A stretch of 49,714 bases of DNA from an uncultured Rhizobium sp. (GTDB lineage Bacteria > Pseudomonadota > Alphaproteobacteria > Micropepsales > Micropepsaceae), in contig CAYXMO010000001.1 in assembly GCA_964465935.1 (NCBI GenBank), positions 1 to 49,714 of the forward strand, in the 5' to 3' direction. A program made the translations under genes and the position numbers. Positions 9,588 through 19,378 of this stretch are shown piece by piece. Positions within the stretch are counted from its first letter, which is position 1. The number at the start of each line of letters is the position of its first letter. The notes under the pieces are model-generated. The model ran no database searches, was not told the DNA's origin, and saw nothing but the letters and a program-made list of their open reading frames with translations.

Positions 9588-10298
9588 TCACGGATGCGAC
9601 AGCGCCGCCCGCGCGTCGGGGTCGGTCATGTCCGCCAGCAATGTGCCCAATAATTGCGGCGGCAGGTGGGCGAGGTAGGTTCTTAGGGCGTCGCGCTCCG
9701 GCGGCTTGTGCCATAGCCCAGCCACGAGGTCGGCGGCGGCGAACTGTTCCTCCGTCGTCATGCCGGCCCAATGTCCCACCCGGAATTTCAGGCTTGGCCA
9801 CATCACCGGGAACTCGCGGGGGGTGACGAGCCACGACATGCGCAGGGCGTCGTGAGCGCGCTGATCCAGACCGACACGCGCGGTGCGGATAAAGGCAAGG
9901 CGAAGCCAGGAATTGCCGTCGGCCGGCGCCAGCGCCAGGCGTTCCTCCAGCAAGTGTTCGGCGGTCGCACGCAGCGCCGGCGCGAGGAACGTGCCGCGTT
10001 CGCGCACGGCGAACAGGGACACCACCAGCGCGGCATCGTCGACATCCGCCGCCCGCAGGGCGCCCGTCTGGTCCGCGGCCAGCGTTCCCGGGACGACGCC
10101 CGCCAGCCTGCTGTTCGATACCACCTTGCCGAAGCGGATATCGTGGGCGGCGGCATGCAAAGGAAGGAATGCCAGGTCGTGCCAGAGCATATCCGCCGAC
10201 AGAGCCGTCAGACCCAGGGCGAAGGCCAGGAGGGTCCAGGCGAAAAAGGACCGTGCCCTTCCCTGCTCAGGAGGCGTAGTAGTTCTGGTAGCGTCCAT
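9588..10298 (-). CDS. Membrane-anchored hypothetical protein of the EPS export operon (helical, TPR-like APADGNSWLRLA)
   Basis: Lies between wzc and wza on the same strand and overlaps the wzc 3' end; one N-terminal TM segment. Confidence 0.6.
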   Translation of the reverse strand: MDATRTTTPPEQGRARSFFAWTLLAFALGLTALSADMLWHDLAFLPLHAAAHDIRFGKVVSNSRLAGVVPGTLAADQTGALRAADVDDAALVVSLFAVRERGTFLAPALRATAEHLLEERLALAPADGNSWLRLAFIRTARVGLDQRAHDALRMSWLVTPREFPVMWPSLKFRVGHWAGMTTEEQFAAADLVAGLWHKPPERDALRTYLAHLPPQLLGTLLADMTDPDARAALSHP

Positions 10299-12534
10299 AA
10301 TAGCTGTAGCTGTCGCCGTAGTACCCATAACGGGTCTGGCGCTTGCGATCGGTCATGCTCAGCGCCACGCCGGCGATGGGCGCATCGAAGGACTGCAACA
10401 GGCGAACCGCCTCCTGGGCGGCGTCTCGCGGCGTATCCTCCCAGCGGATGAAGAAGACGGTCGTGTCGCAGATGCGTGCCAGCAGGCGGGCATCGATCAC
10501 GGGCAAGACCGGCGAGGAGTCGATCAGGACCAGGTCGTAGCTGCGCGCCGCCGCCGTCAAAAGATTGCGCATGGCAACGGACGACAGAATGTCGGACGGA
10601 TTGCTGACGCTGGCACCGGGCAACAGGATATGGAGGGAGGTGATGGTGTCCTGGATGATGGCTTCGTGGATCTGGACCTCGCCTTTGACGCATTGAACCA
10701 GGCCGAGCCCTTTTTCATTGCCGAAGCCGAGAATCTTCTCGATCGAGGGGCGCCTGATGTCGCCGTCGATCAGCAGGACGCGGGCGCCGGACTGGGCGCT
10801 GGAACGGGCCAGCGACAAGGCCCCGGTCGACTTGCCCTCGTTGGGCAGGGCCGAGCTGATCAGGACCAGCCTCGGCTCACGGTCGACATTGGAGAGCTGG
10901 ATGCCGGCCCGCAACATGCGGAAGGCCTCGTTGTAGGCGGATAGCGGCTTGTGGACCACAATCTCGGACGGGGTGTGCTTGACGCCCTCCCAGGTCAACT
11001 CGTCGCCATCGACCAGCGGCAGGTTGGTAAGCATGGGCAGGCCGAGCTCGTTCTCGATCTGCTGGCGGGTGCGCAGACCGCGGTCGAGCTGCTCCAGCAG
11101 GAAGGCGATCAGACCGGCGGCGAACAGGCCGGCCACCAGACTGCCGGCCAGGTAAAGCGGGGTTTTGGGGAAGGATGGGCTGGTCGGCACGATGGCGCGG
11201 CTGATCACGCGGGCCTGGGTGGTCTGCAAGGTGCCTTGTTCACCCAGCTCGTTGAATCGCTTGAGAAAAGCCTCGTAGAGCGATTTCGCCGAATCGGCGT
11301 TGCGCTGCAATTCGCGCAGGCGGACGTCGGCCTGGCTGGCTGTGTTGCTTTGGCCTTCGGCGTCCTTCAGCCCCCGTTCGACGACGGCGAGCTGGGCGGC
11401 GGAGACCGAGACGTCGCTCTGCAGCGCCGAAAGGATGCGCTGGATTTCGCCGTTGATCTGCTGGTTGATGCTGGCGATCTGCTCGGTCAGCTTGATCATT
11501 TCGGGGTGGCGGGCGCCAAACGTCGCCGACAGCTGCGACTGTTGCTGGAGCAGCGCCGCCCGCTGGGTGCGCAGGCTCTGGAAGACGCCCGAATTCATCA
11601 GGTCGGGGATGGCCTCCACCGAACCGCCCCGGGCGATGACCGCGCGCACCCCATTGAGCCGCGCCTGCTTCTCGGCAAAGTCGGTGCGCGCCTTCAGCAA
11701 TTCGTCGTTCAGTTGTGCAAGGCGCTGATTTTGCAGGGTCTGGCCGGCGTCATTGAGGACCTGCAAATGGTTGGCCGCGGCATACTCCGCTACGGCAGTT
11801 TCGGCTTCCGAGACCCGCTTGCGCAGGTTCGCCAGCCTTTCGCTCAGCCAGTTGTTCGCGACCCGGGTCGCCTCGAATTTCGCGTCCAGCTGGTCGGTGA
11901 TGTAGTTGTCCGCCACCGCGTTGGCGATCTGGGCCGCCTTGTTGGGGTCCTGCGACGAAAACTGGATGGCGATCACCGAGGTTCCGTCCGCCACGCTCGC
12001 GGTCATGCGGTCCAGGAAACGGCGGACGGTCGCGATATGAGCCTGCTCGCCGGAGCCGGTTTCGCTTTCGCCGCCAAGGCCGATCAGGTCCTTCAGCGAT
12101 TTGAGCAGCTTGAAGCCGCCGGTGCCGGCGCCGAATTCGGGGTCGGCGGTGAGACCCAGCTTGTCGACCACCCTGCCGACGAAGGTGGACGAGGTCACGA
12201 TCTGGATCTGGTTCGAGATCGAGATCGGCGGACCGGACTGTTGGTTCAGCAGCTGATCCAGGTCCAGGGCGCTCTGGTTCTGGGCGTCGAACAGCACGGT
12301 TGCCGTCGCGGTGTACCGGGGCGTCAGGCTCAAGGTGAAGACGGTTCCCACCGCAACCACGACGGCCAAGGTCAGCACCATCGGAATCGCCCGCCGCCGC
12401 AAGATGGCCAGAAGCATCGCGATCGAAACTTCGCCGCCGCCGCCCAACGGACGCTCGGCGCCGCTGGCGAACCCTTCAGGGCGATTGGCCGGCGCGTGCT
12501 CCGCCGTGGGGTCTAGCTTGTCCATGGGTTCCAT
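10267..12534 (-). CDS. wzc: Polysaccharide co-polymerase / BY-kinase (Wzc/ExoP/GumC family)
   Basis: Two TMs, coiled coil, AIVPTSPSFP, Walker A SALPNEGKST, LIDGDIRRP, LIDSSP, C-terminal Tyr cluster YGYYGDSYSYYGRYQNYY. Confidence 0.95.
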   Translation of the reverse strand: MEPMDKLDPTAEHAPANRPEGFASGAERPLGGGGEVSIAMLLAILRRRAIPMVLTLAVVVAVGTVFTLSLTPRYTATATVLFDAQNQSALDLDQLLNQQSGPPISISNQIQIVTSSTFVGRVVDKLGLTADPEFGAGTGGFKLLKSLKDLIGLGGESETGSGEQAHIATVRRFLDRMTASVADGTSVIAIQFSSQDPNKAAQIANAVADNYITDQLDAKFEATRVANNWLSERLANLRKRVSEAETAVAEYAAANHLQVLNDAGQTLQNQRLAQLNDELLKARTDFAEKQARLNGVRAVIARGGSVEAIPDLMNSGVFQSLRTQRAALLQQQSQLSATFGARHPEMIKLTEQIASINQQINGEIQRILSALQSDVSVSAAQLAVVERGLKDAEGQSNTASQADVRLRELQRNADSAKSLYEAFLKRFNELGEQGTLQTTQARVISRAIVPTSPSFPKTPLYLAGSLVAGLFAAGLIAFLLEQLDRGLRTRQQIENELGLPMLTNLPLVDGDELTWEGVKHTPSEIVVHKPLSAYNEAFRMLRAGIQLSNVDREPRLVLISSALPNEGKSTGALSLARSSAQSGARVLLIDGDIRRPSIEKILGFGNEKGLGLVQCVKGEVQIHEAIIQDTITSLHILLPGASVSNPSDILSSVAMRNLLTAAARSYDLVLIDSSPVLPVIDARLLARICDTTVFFIRWEDTPRDAAQEAVRLLQSFDAPIAGVALSMTDRKRQTRYGYYGDSYSYYGRYQNYYAS

Positions 12535-12651
12535 GTTTGCGTGATGGCCGTGGCGCCGACCGTAACCGATCCGCAGCCGGCCTGCGACCGCGGTGCAGCA
12601 ATAGCGTTAGCGGCCGAAGGTCAACCGGTCTCGAGCAGGTCTGCCGCGCCG

Positions 12652-13863
12652 CTAAAGCGCTAGCCCGAGCCGTGCCTCGACGACATTCTGGTCGTAATTC
12701 GTACCGGGGATGTTCGAACTCCTACTCGTGTGGCTGTAGTCCACGCCCAAGGTTACTTGCGGCATGAAGTGATACTGCGCCCCCACCGTCACGCCATAGA
12801 TGTCTTCATTGCGCGTGACGCCCCGATAGTCGTTATTCGTGTAAAAGCCGCCGCCGGTCAGCGTGATGGACCGCGTCAGGCTGTGCGAAACATTCAGCGA
12901 CGCCGTCGTCGCGAAATAGCCGATGGCGCCGAACTGGTCGGTTTCCTCGATGGCGCGGGTGAGCGCCGCCGACACCGTGGTCAGCCTGGTCGCCGACCAG
13001 TCCAGCTTCAGGCCGAAGTCCACGCCGCCGATATCGGTTAGCGCCTTGTAGTCCTGCTTCATGTAACCGACATAGGCTTGGCCGCTGATCAGGTTGGTCA
13101 GCTGCACCCTGACGCCGCCGACGGCTTCGTAGCCGGTCGAGTCGCGGAATTTCGAGACAAGCAGGCTATAGGACCGCTGGTTCCAGGTTCCGCGCAGGAA
13201 GAACTCGGTGCCGCGCCCGAACTGATAGCCGACGTCGAAGAAGGCCGACGCGACGTCGCGATTGCGATCGACCGAAAAGATCGTGCCGCCGCCGACGGCA
13301 GGCGTGTTGTGGAAGCGCAAAGTCGTATACGACGCGCCGATATCGGCCTGCAGCCGGTTGAAGGCGTGCTTGATATCCAGATCGGTGTGCCAGCGCTGAT
13401 ATTGGGTGGGCTCCGCCGCGTTCGCCACGACGTTGGTGTTGCCGGGCAGTTCGGAAAGGCCGGCATATTCGGTCTGCAGATCGAGCTGGGTATCGCTGCC
13501 CAAATCGAACTTGCCTTCGAAGCCGGTGAGATAGTCGTCGGTGTCTTGCTGGCTCAGCTTGTCGTAGCGGCGCATGTCGTATTCGGCTTTGAGCGCAACC
13601 AGATAGTGAGACCAGGTCGACTCAATGCGGATCGACGGCTGCACCTCCAGGCTGACGTCGGACTGCGCGCCGGTGTTCACGGCCAGCACGTTGTCATTGT
13701 ACTGCCCACCGATATCCAGCTTCGGGTAGATCATGAAGCCGCCGGCATGGATGCCGGTCTCCGGCGCCGGACCGGAATTGACAGGTGTGATTTCAGCGGC
13801 AGCCGGAACGGCCGCCGCCAGCAGGAACGAACACGCTGCCAAGGTTACGTTACGCCCAAACAT
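12652..13863 (-). CDS. Outer-membrane beta-barrel protein associated with polysaccharide export (BBP2-like)
   Basis: Signal peptide; GIHAGGFMIYPKL..GQYNDNV; amphipathic strands; C-terminal YDQNVVEARLGLAL; sits upstream of wzc. Confidence 0.82.
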   Translation of the reverse strand: MFGRNVTLAACSFLLAAAVPAAAEITPVNSGPAPETGIHAGGFMIYPKLDIGGQYNDNVLAVNTGAQSDVSLEVQPSIRIESTWSHYLVALKAEYDMRRYDKLSQQDTDDYLTGFEGKFDLGSDTQLDLQTEYAGLSELPGNTNVVANAAEPTQYQRWHTDLDIKHAFNRLQADIGASYTTLRFHNTPAVGGGTIFSVDRNRDVASAFFDVGYQFGRGTEFFLRGTWNQRSYSLLVSKFRDSTGYEAVGGVRVQLTNLISGQAYVGYMKQDYKALTDIGGVDFGLKLDWSATRLTTVSAALTRAIEETDQFGAIGYFATTASLNVSHSLTRSITLTGGGFYTNNDYRGVTRNEDIYGVTVGAQYHFMPQVTLGVDYSHTSRSSNIPGTNYDQNVVEARLGLAL

Positions 13864-13946
13864 CTTCTTATCGTCCCCACACGTCACGCTCACCGAAATC
13901 TTGCGTTCAAGACTCTCGGCCAAATCCCCTGATCGACTAACTTTTT

Positions 13947-14474
13947 CTAAGGAATATCCACGCTCGGAGAACTGCCGCCGCCGCTGGTGCCGCCGGACGG
14001 AAAGCCGCCATTGTCGGCCAAATCGCCACCGCCGCCTTGGCCGCCGATATTGCCGCCGGTCGGACCCGAATTGTTGGCCGCGACCTGAGTCGCCGAATTG
14101 GGATTGCCGGCGACGACGCCGGCATAGGCTGCCGCCTTGAGCGCAGGATCGCTCGTCGAGTTGGCCGCCAAGACATAGATCGCCGCGGCGAGATCGACGT
14201 TGTTCGCGGCATTGGCGAGGACGAGCGCCTTGATCGCATCGGTCACGGCCGCGGGGTCACCAGCAGCCATGGCGGCGGCGATCTGCGAGGCCAGCGACGC
14301 CGACACCTGGACATTGGTGCCGTCCGCCAGCGTGACGGTTACATTTCCGGTCGCCGGATCGGTGACGGCGCTCGGAATGGCCGCACTTGCAACCGTCGAA
14401 GCCGCCGGCATGAGCAACGCACCCACGGCGATGCTCGTCGAAATCAACAGGCCACGGACTGTCCGCGAACGCAT
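13947..14474 (-). CDS. Secreted Ala-rich protein with Gly/Ser/Asn-rich C-terminal tail, unknown function
   Basis: GGAGGGG RBS before ATG 14474; signal-peptide-like N-terminus ending ASA; host-like codon use. Confidence 0.72.
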   Translation of the reverse strand: MRSRTVRGLLISTSIAVGALLMPAASTVASAAIPSAVTDPATGNVTVTLADGTNVQVSASLASQIAAAMAAGDPAAVTDAIKALVLANAANNVDLAAAIYVLAANSTSDPALKAAAYAGVVAGNPNSATQVAANNSGPTGGNIGGQGGGGDLADNGGFPSGGTSGGGSSPSVDIP

Positions 14475-15171
14475 GGTACCCCTCCGCCAACTGAACCAAC
14501 TACCCAAAAACACACTAACCTAGAATTGCGCCTCGTGGCTAGGGACAGAGGCTTGCTTAACCTCTTTCCCGACAAGAGATTTCGACAAGTGTGGCTTTGC
14601 TGTGATCGTCGTCAACCGTCCCCGACACGATACGCGCATTCACCGTAAACAGTTCCACGGTCGCAGATTTCTGCGACGCATTTTTGTAGGGACAGCGGCG
14701 GCGAAACAGCTGATCCAGCGATAGGCACAGCGCCCAAATCGGCAGCGAAAGATCGCCCGATGCATATACCAAAAGTTGCAGTCGGAATGTTGCGCCTGCT
14801 GCCCTGCAAATTCTGGTGCCTCGATATAGGTGGCGTTCTCCGAGCCGACCACTGATGCTCGGGATCAGGCGCAATATCTTGCGGTCTTCGAACGGCCGGC
14901 CAGAACGGGAGCGCCCGTCCGCCCGCCTGGGTGCAGCGCGGCAGAAATGCCGCACTGCGGAAAAAGATTCTCGAAGCCCCGCCATGACGCCGTCCGAGGC
15001 GGTCTTCCCGTCATCGCGCGAAGGGAATTCGCCAGCGGCCGCGATCCATAAAATTTGAATCAAACTCAATACAAATGCAGTTCAATTTTGAAATTCATTC
15101 GAGGTTTTCCGAGGCCCGAAGCTTAAGAGACCCGGCGTGACGATGCCCATCAAGAACTGGTGGGGCTTGTC

Positions 15172-15942
15172 ATGCGCGCTAATCATTCTCGTTACTTTGG
15201 CATTGTCGCGACGTTCCTGCTTGGCCTGAATTTGTCTGCCTGCACGACTACCGCCGAGCTCAGCAGTCCCTTGCCGCTGGGTCTGCCGACGGCGGCACCG
15301 GCCGGGTATGTCGCCTTGTGCGAAAAAACCCCGGCGCAATGCCCCGAGTCGCCAGCGCCGGCCGGACTGCAGCAGGCTGCGTTCGTCGTGCCGCAGGCGC
15401 ACACCGGACTGAGCCCGGCGCAATGGACCCTGCTGAACGCCGTCAATCGCCAAGTGAACGAGCAGGTGCGCTACGTCACGGACGAAGAGCGCTTCGGCCA
15501 GCCTGACGTGTGGTCACCGGCCGTCACCGAGGGCGATTGCGAGGACTATGCGCTGACCAAGCGGCAGCTTTTGTGGGCGGCGGGCTGGGCGACGGGCGAT
15601 CTCAGCCTCGCCGTGGTCGAGTCACCTTCGACCGGACCGCATGCCGTCCTGGTCGCCAACACGACCCAAGGTGCCTATGTGCTGGACAGCGCCAATTCCT
15701 GGGTCATGCCTTGGAAAGAGGCGGACTATACCTGGGTGTCCGCCCAGGACACCGAGGGCCATTGGCGCGTTGCGGGGGCGACCGCCCAGGCCGTCTTGAT
15801 CGCAGCAGCGGTGGCAAACCGCCAGGCGGCTCTGCCGACTGTCCTTCGAGTCGCCAGCGCCACTCCGGTTGCCGCTACGGAACCAGGCGGTTCAGGTGGA
15901 CAAGTACCAGACGTCCGCACCGCTGAACCCGGCGGCCGTTAG
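15172..15942 (+). CDS. Transglutaminase-like cysteine peptidase (BTLCP/Peptidase_C93, LapG-like), probable lipoprotein
   Basis: VNRQVN..VRYVTD..FG..DVW, EGDCEDYALTKR (Cys), HAVL (His), VLDS (Asp); lipobox LSAC. Confidence 0.9.
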   Translation: MRANHSRYFGIVATFLLGLNLSACTTTAELSSPLPLGLPTAAPAGYVALCEKTPAQCPESPAPAGLQQAAFVVPQAHTGLSPAQWTLLNAVNRQVNEQVRYVTDEERFGQPDVWSPAVTEGDCEDYALTKRQLLWAAGWATGDLSLAVVESPSTGPHAVLVANTTQGAYVLDSANSWVMPWKEADYTWVSAQDTEGHWRVAGATAQAVLIAAAVANRQAALPTVLRVASATPVAATEPGGSGGQVPDVRTAEPGGR

Positions 15943-16701
15943 CGTGCCGGTGGCGTAGGCGCCCGTGTCGATGCCGATGCGGCCTGGGCCGGTCACGACC
16001 TGCGGGTTGGGGGTGTGGCCGTAGACCACCGTCTGGCTCAAGGCGCGGCGGCCGGCGGTGAATTCCTCGCGGATCCAGAGCAGGTCGTGCTCCGACTGAT
16101 ATTCCAGCGGGATGCCCGGCCGCACGCCGGCATGGACGAAGACGTAGTCGCCGATGGTCTCGCGCAACGCCAGGCGGGAGAGGAAATCGAAATGGGCGCG
16201 GGGCAGCGCCGCCGCGAAGGCTGCCGCCATGGCCGGCCAGTCGATCGCCCCGCCCTTGCGCTGGATCGCGACGCCATAACTGGTCAGGCACTGCAGGCCG
16301 CCGAAGTCGCGCCAGGCTTCGCCGATCTGGGGATCGTTCAAAAAAGCGAGCAAGGTCTCTTCATGGTTGCCCTTCAGGAAGCGGCAATCCCATTGCGGCG
16401 GCAATTCCTTCAAGAGGACATCGAGCACCCCGCGCGAGTCGGGGCCGCGGTCGACATAGTCGCCGATGAAAACGACGGTCGGACGCTGGCCGGCGGCAAG
16501 GCGGCCGCTGGCATCCTGGGCAATCTTCGCGATCAAAGTCCGCAGCAGATCGCTGCGGCCGTGGATGTCGCCGATAGCGTAGACGAGCTGGCCGTCGGGC
16601 AGGCGCGAGTCCGCTTCGCTGACCCGGCTGCGGCCGGGAGCGGCAAAAGCGGCGCGGATGGAGCGCCCAACTCGGCCAAATGTGGCAACCAGATCAGTCA
16701 T
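15892..16701 (-). CDS. PPP-family metallophosphoesterase (Ser/Thr/Tyr protein phosphatase)
   Basis: GDIHG, GDYVDRG, GNHE, FVHAG, GHTP, IDTGA. Confidence 0.92.
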   Translation of the reverse strand: MTDLVATFGRVGRSIRAAFAAPGRSRVSEADSRLPDGQLVYAIGDIHGRSDLLRTLIAKIAQDASGRLAAGQRPTVVFIGDYVDRGPDSRGVLDVLLKELPPQWDCRFLKGNHEETLLAFLNDPQIGEAWRDFGGLQCLTSYGVAIQRKGGAIDWPAMAAAFAAALPRAHFDFLSRLALRETIGDYVFVHAGVRPGIPLEYQSEHDLLWIREEFTAGRRALSQTVVYGHTPNPQVVTGPGRIGIDTGAYATGTLTAAGFSGADVWYLST

Positions 16702-17980
16702 TTGACGCTGCAGCCTTGTTGTGCTTGACCGGCGGCGTCAGGCCTGCCGGCGGCGCCGCCGCCGACGCCTTGACCCGGTCCTTGGGCCGCAGCATGGCGT
16801 CATAGGCGGCCAGCAGTTTGGGCGCTTCGCGCTCCCACACAAGCTCGGTCTCCACACGCGCGCGGCCGAACGCGCCCATGGCCGCGCGGCGGTCCGGATC
16901 GTCGAGCAATTCCAGGATCTTGGCAGCGAAATCGGCGGGATCGTTCGGCGCCGCATAGAGCGACGCGGCCTGGGCCGAGAAGCGCCCCTCGGCCAATTCG
17001 AACTGAACGATCGGCTTGGAAAGCGCCATGTATTCCATGATCTTATTCATGGTCGACTTGTCGTTCATGGCGTTCACGCGGTCGGGGTTCACGCACACGT
17101 CGGCAGTGTTGAGGACTTCCAGCAGCACAACGTCCGAGACGCGGCCATAGAAGTCGACATAGCCGCTCACCCCCAGCGCCGCGGCCAGCGCGCGCATTTC
17201 CGCCTGGGCCGGACCGCCGCCCACGATGGCAAAGCGCACGTCCTTGCGGCCACGAACTTCGACCATGTGCTTCACCGCCTCCAAAAGGAGGTCGATGCCT
17301 TCCTGGCGGCCGATTACCCCAACATAACCAACCAGATAGCGTGAACCGCGCTTGCATTCGGGGTTCGCTGGGACCACCCGAAGCCGCTCCAGCTTGGGGC
17401 CGGAGCGCACGACGAAGACCTTGTCTTCGGCCATGCCGCCGCGCTTGAGCGCGATCTCCCGGTAGGACTCGTTGGTCGCGAGCGAGACGTCGGCAGCGGC
17501 GAAGGTCCAGCGCTCCAGCCGGCAGAGCGCCCGGTAGAGCCAGTCCTTCTTGCCGAATTTGGCGAGGTAGAGCTCGGGGTTGATGTCGTGGTGGTCGAAC
17601 AGGAACTTCTTGCCCAACAGCTTGAACGGCCAAGCAATGAGAAAGATCGTGTCGGGCGGATTGCAGGCGTGGATGACGTCGAAACCATGCCGCAGCCAGA
17701 CCCAGCAGGTAAGGACGAATTCGAAGAACAGGGCGCTGGCATATTCGAGCACATAGCCCAGTCCGCCCTTCGCCTCGAAAAGTGGATGGCGATAGATATG
17801 GATGCCGTCGAGGAATTCGTAGGACGCGGCCGCGCCCATTCCCCTAGGGCAGATGACCGCCACTTGGTAGCCGGCGGCCTGCAGGGTCGTCGCCTCCGAC
17901 CACACCCGGCGGTCGAACGGCACCGGCAAATTCTCGACGATGATAAGGACGCGGCCCGGCGGCTTACCAGTTGATGCCAC
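16694..17980 (-). CDS. Glycosyltransferase family 4
   Basis: GTG 17980 overlaps the upstream stop; ENLPVPFDRRVW, HACNPPD, FDHHD, NKIMEYMA..KPIV. Confidence 0.9.
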   Translation of the reverse strand: MASTGKPPGRVLIIVENLPVPFDRRVWSEATTLQAAGYQVAVICPRGMGAAASYEFLDGIHIYRHPLFEAKGGLGYVLEYASALFFEFVLTCWVWLRHGFDVIHACNPPDTIFLIAWPFKLLGKKFLFDHHDINPELYLAKFGKKDWLYRALCRLERWTFAAADVSLATNESYREIALKRGGMAEDKVFVVRSGPKLERLRVVPANPECKRGSRYLVGYVGVIGRQEGIDLLLEAVKHMVEVRGRKDVRFAIVGGGPAQAEMRALAAALGVSGYVDFYGRVSDVVLLEVLNTADVCVNPDRVNAMNDKSTMNKIMEYMALSKPIVQFELAEGRFSAQAASLYAAPNDPADFAAKILELLDDPDRRAAMGAFGRARVETELVWEREAPKLLAAYDAMLRPKDRVKASAAAPPAGLTPPVKHNKAAASND

Positions 17981-19277
17981 TGTAATTCCCCCCCAGCTTT
18001 TCCAGCTCCGGGAAGCGCACCAGGTCGACGACTTTCTGCTCCGGCTCGATGCGCCCGGCGAGGTCGGCAAAGTCCGGATCGCGATTGCCGATGACCAGGA
18101 CCTGGGCGTGGGCGACGGCCTCGTCGATCGACTCCAGCATGAGGTCCGAGAGGTGCGGGATGGTGTGCAGTATGTACTCGCGATTGGCACCGACCAGGCG
18201 GGCCAACTGGACGTTGCGGTCGAAGATCCGCAGCTGGTAGCCCTTGCCGATCAGCCTCTCGGCCAGTTCGACCAGGGGGCTCTCGCGCAAATCGTCGGTC
18301 CCCTCCTTGAAGCTGAGGCCAAGTAGCGAAATTTTCTTGGCCCCGAGGCTGGTGATCTTGGCCAGCGCCCGTTCGACCTGATGGGCGTTGCTGCGCAGGA
18401 TGGCGTTGAGGACCGGCAGTTCCAGGTCGTGGCTGCGGCCGAAATAGGTCAGCGCCCGGCAATCCTTGGGCAGGCAGGAGCCGCCGAAGGCGAAGCCCGG
18501 CTTGAGATAGACCGGCGAGATATTGAGCTTCTTGTCCTGGACGAATGCATCCATCAGGACATGGCTGTCGACGCCGCGGGCCTGGCAGATGTTTCCGATC
18601 TCGTTGCCGAACGCCACTTTCAAGGCGTGCCAGCAATTGTCGGCGTATTTCACCATCTCGGCGGTTTCGATCTCGAAGTCGAACACGGGGCCGGGCAGGC
18701 CGTCATAGAGCGCCGCGACGCACTCGGCGGTGTCGCGGTCCGAAGACCCCACGACCGTCTTGGGCGGATTGTAGAAGTCCTTGACCGCGGTGCCTTCGCG
18801 CAGGAATTCCGGGTTCACGGCGACGCCGAAGTCGAGATGCGCGCGCTTGCCGCTGCTGCGTTCGAGGGCCGGGATGACCACGTCGCGCATGGTGCCGGGC
18901 AGGACGGTCGAGCGGATCACGACATGATGGCGGCGCGGCAAGGTCTTGAGCACCGCTCCGATCTCCTCGCAGACCGCGCGCATCGCCGTGGTGTCGAGAT
19001 TGCCGTTGGCGGCGCTCGGCGTGCCGACGCAGACCAGCGACACCTCGCAGGCTTGCACCGCGTCGGCGGCGTCGGTGGTGGCGCGCAGGCGCCCGGCGGC
19101 GCGCGCGTCGCGGATCAGGCCGGCGACGTCGGCTTCGATGACGGGCGTCTCGCCCTGGTTGATGAACCCGACCTTGGTCGCGTTCTTGTCCACGCCGACG
19201 ACGCCATGGCCGCGTTGCGCCAGACATGCCGCCGACACGGTCCCGACATAGCCGAGGCCAAAAACCGCAATTTGCAT
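17964..19277 (-). CDS. GDP-mannose 6-dehydrogenase (AlgD-like; UDP-glucose/GDP-mannose dehydrogenase family)
   Basis: GLGYVG, CVGTPS, NPEFLREGTA, GFAFGGSCLPKD, GLSFK.GTDDLRESP, GANREYI. Confidence 0.9.
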   Translation of the reverse strand: MQIAVFGLGYVGTVSAACLAQRGHGVVGVDKNATKVGFINQGETPVIEADVAGLIRDARAAGRLRATTDAADAVQACEVSLVCVGTPSAANGNLDTTAMRAVCEEIGAVLKTLPRRHHVVIRSTVLPGTMRDVVIPALERSSGKRAHLDFGVAVNPEFLREGTAVKDFYNPPKTVVGSSDRDTAECVAALYDGLPGPVFDFEIETAEMVKYADNCWHALKVAFGNEIGNICQARGVDSHVLMDAFVQDKKLNISPVYLKPGFAFGGSCLPKDCRALTYFGRSHDLELPVLNAILRSNAHQVERALAKITSLGAKKISLLGLSFKEGTDDLRESPLVELAERLIGKGYQLRIFDRNVQLARLVGANREYILHTIPHLSDLMLESIDEAVAHAQVLVIGNRDPDFADLAGRIEPEQKVVDLVRFPELEKLGGNYSGINW

Positions 19278-19378
19278 GATTCCGCCGAAATCCACCGTCC
19301 GGCACAAGCTTAGCAGGCGGCTCCAAGGCGGCCTACGATTTTAGTTCGGTTTGCCTTAACAGGTCGCGCCGGCGGCGC

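Noticed and set aside
13947-14474. PEP-CTERM/exosortase substrate
   Set aside because: No PEP motif, C-terminal TM helix or basic cluster, and no exosortase in the window.
14557-15069. Short ORFs in the long intergenic region
   Set aside because: No motifs, no convincing RBS and atypical composition.
17964-19277. Alginate operon
   Set aside because: No alg8/alg44/algE-like genes; the context is Wzx/Wzy.
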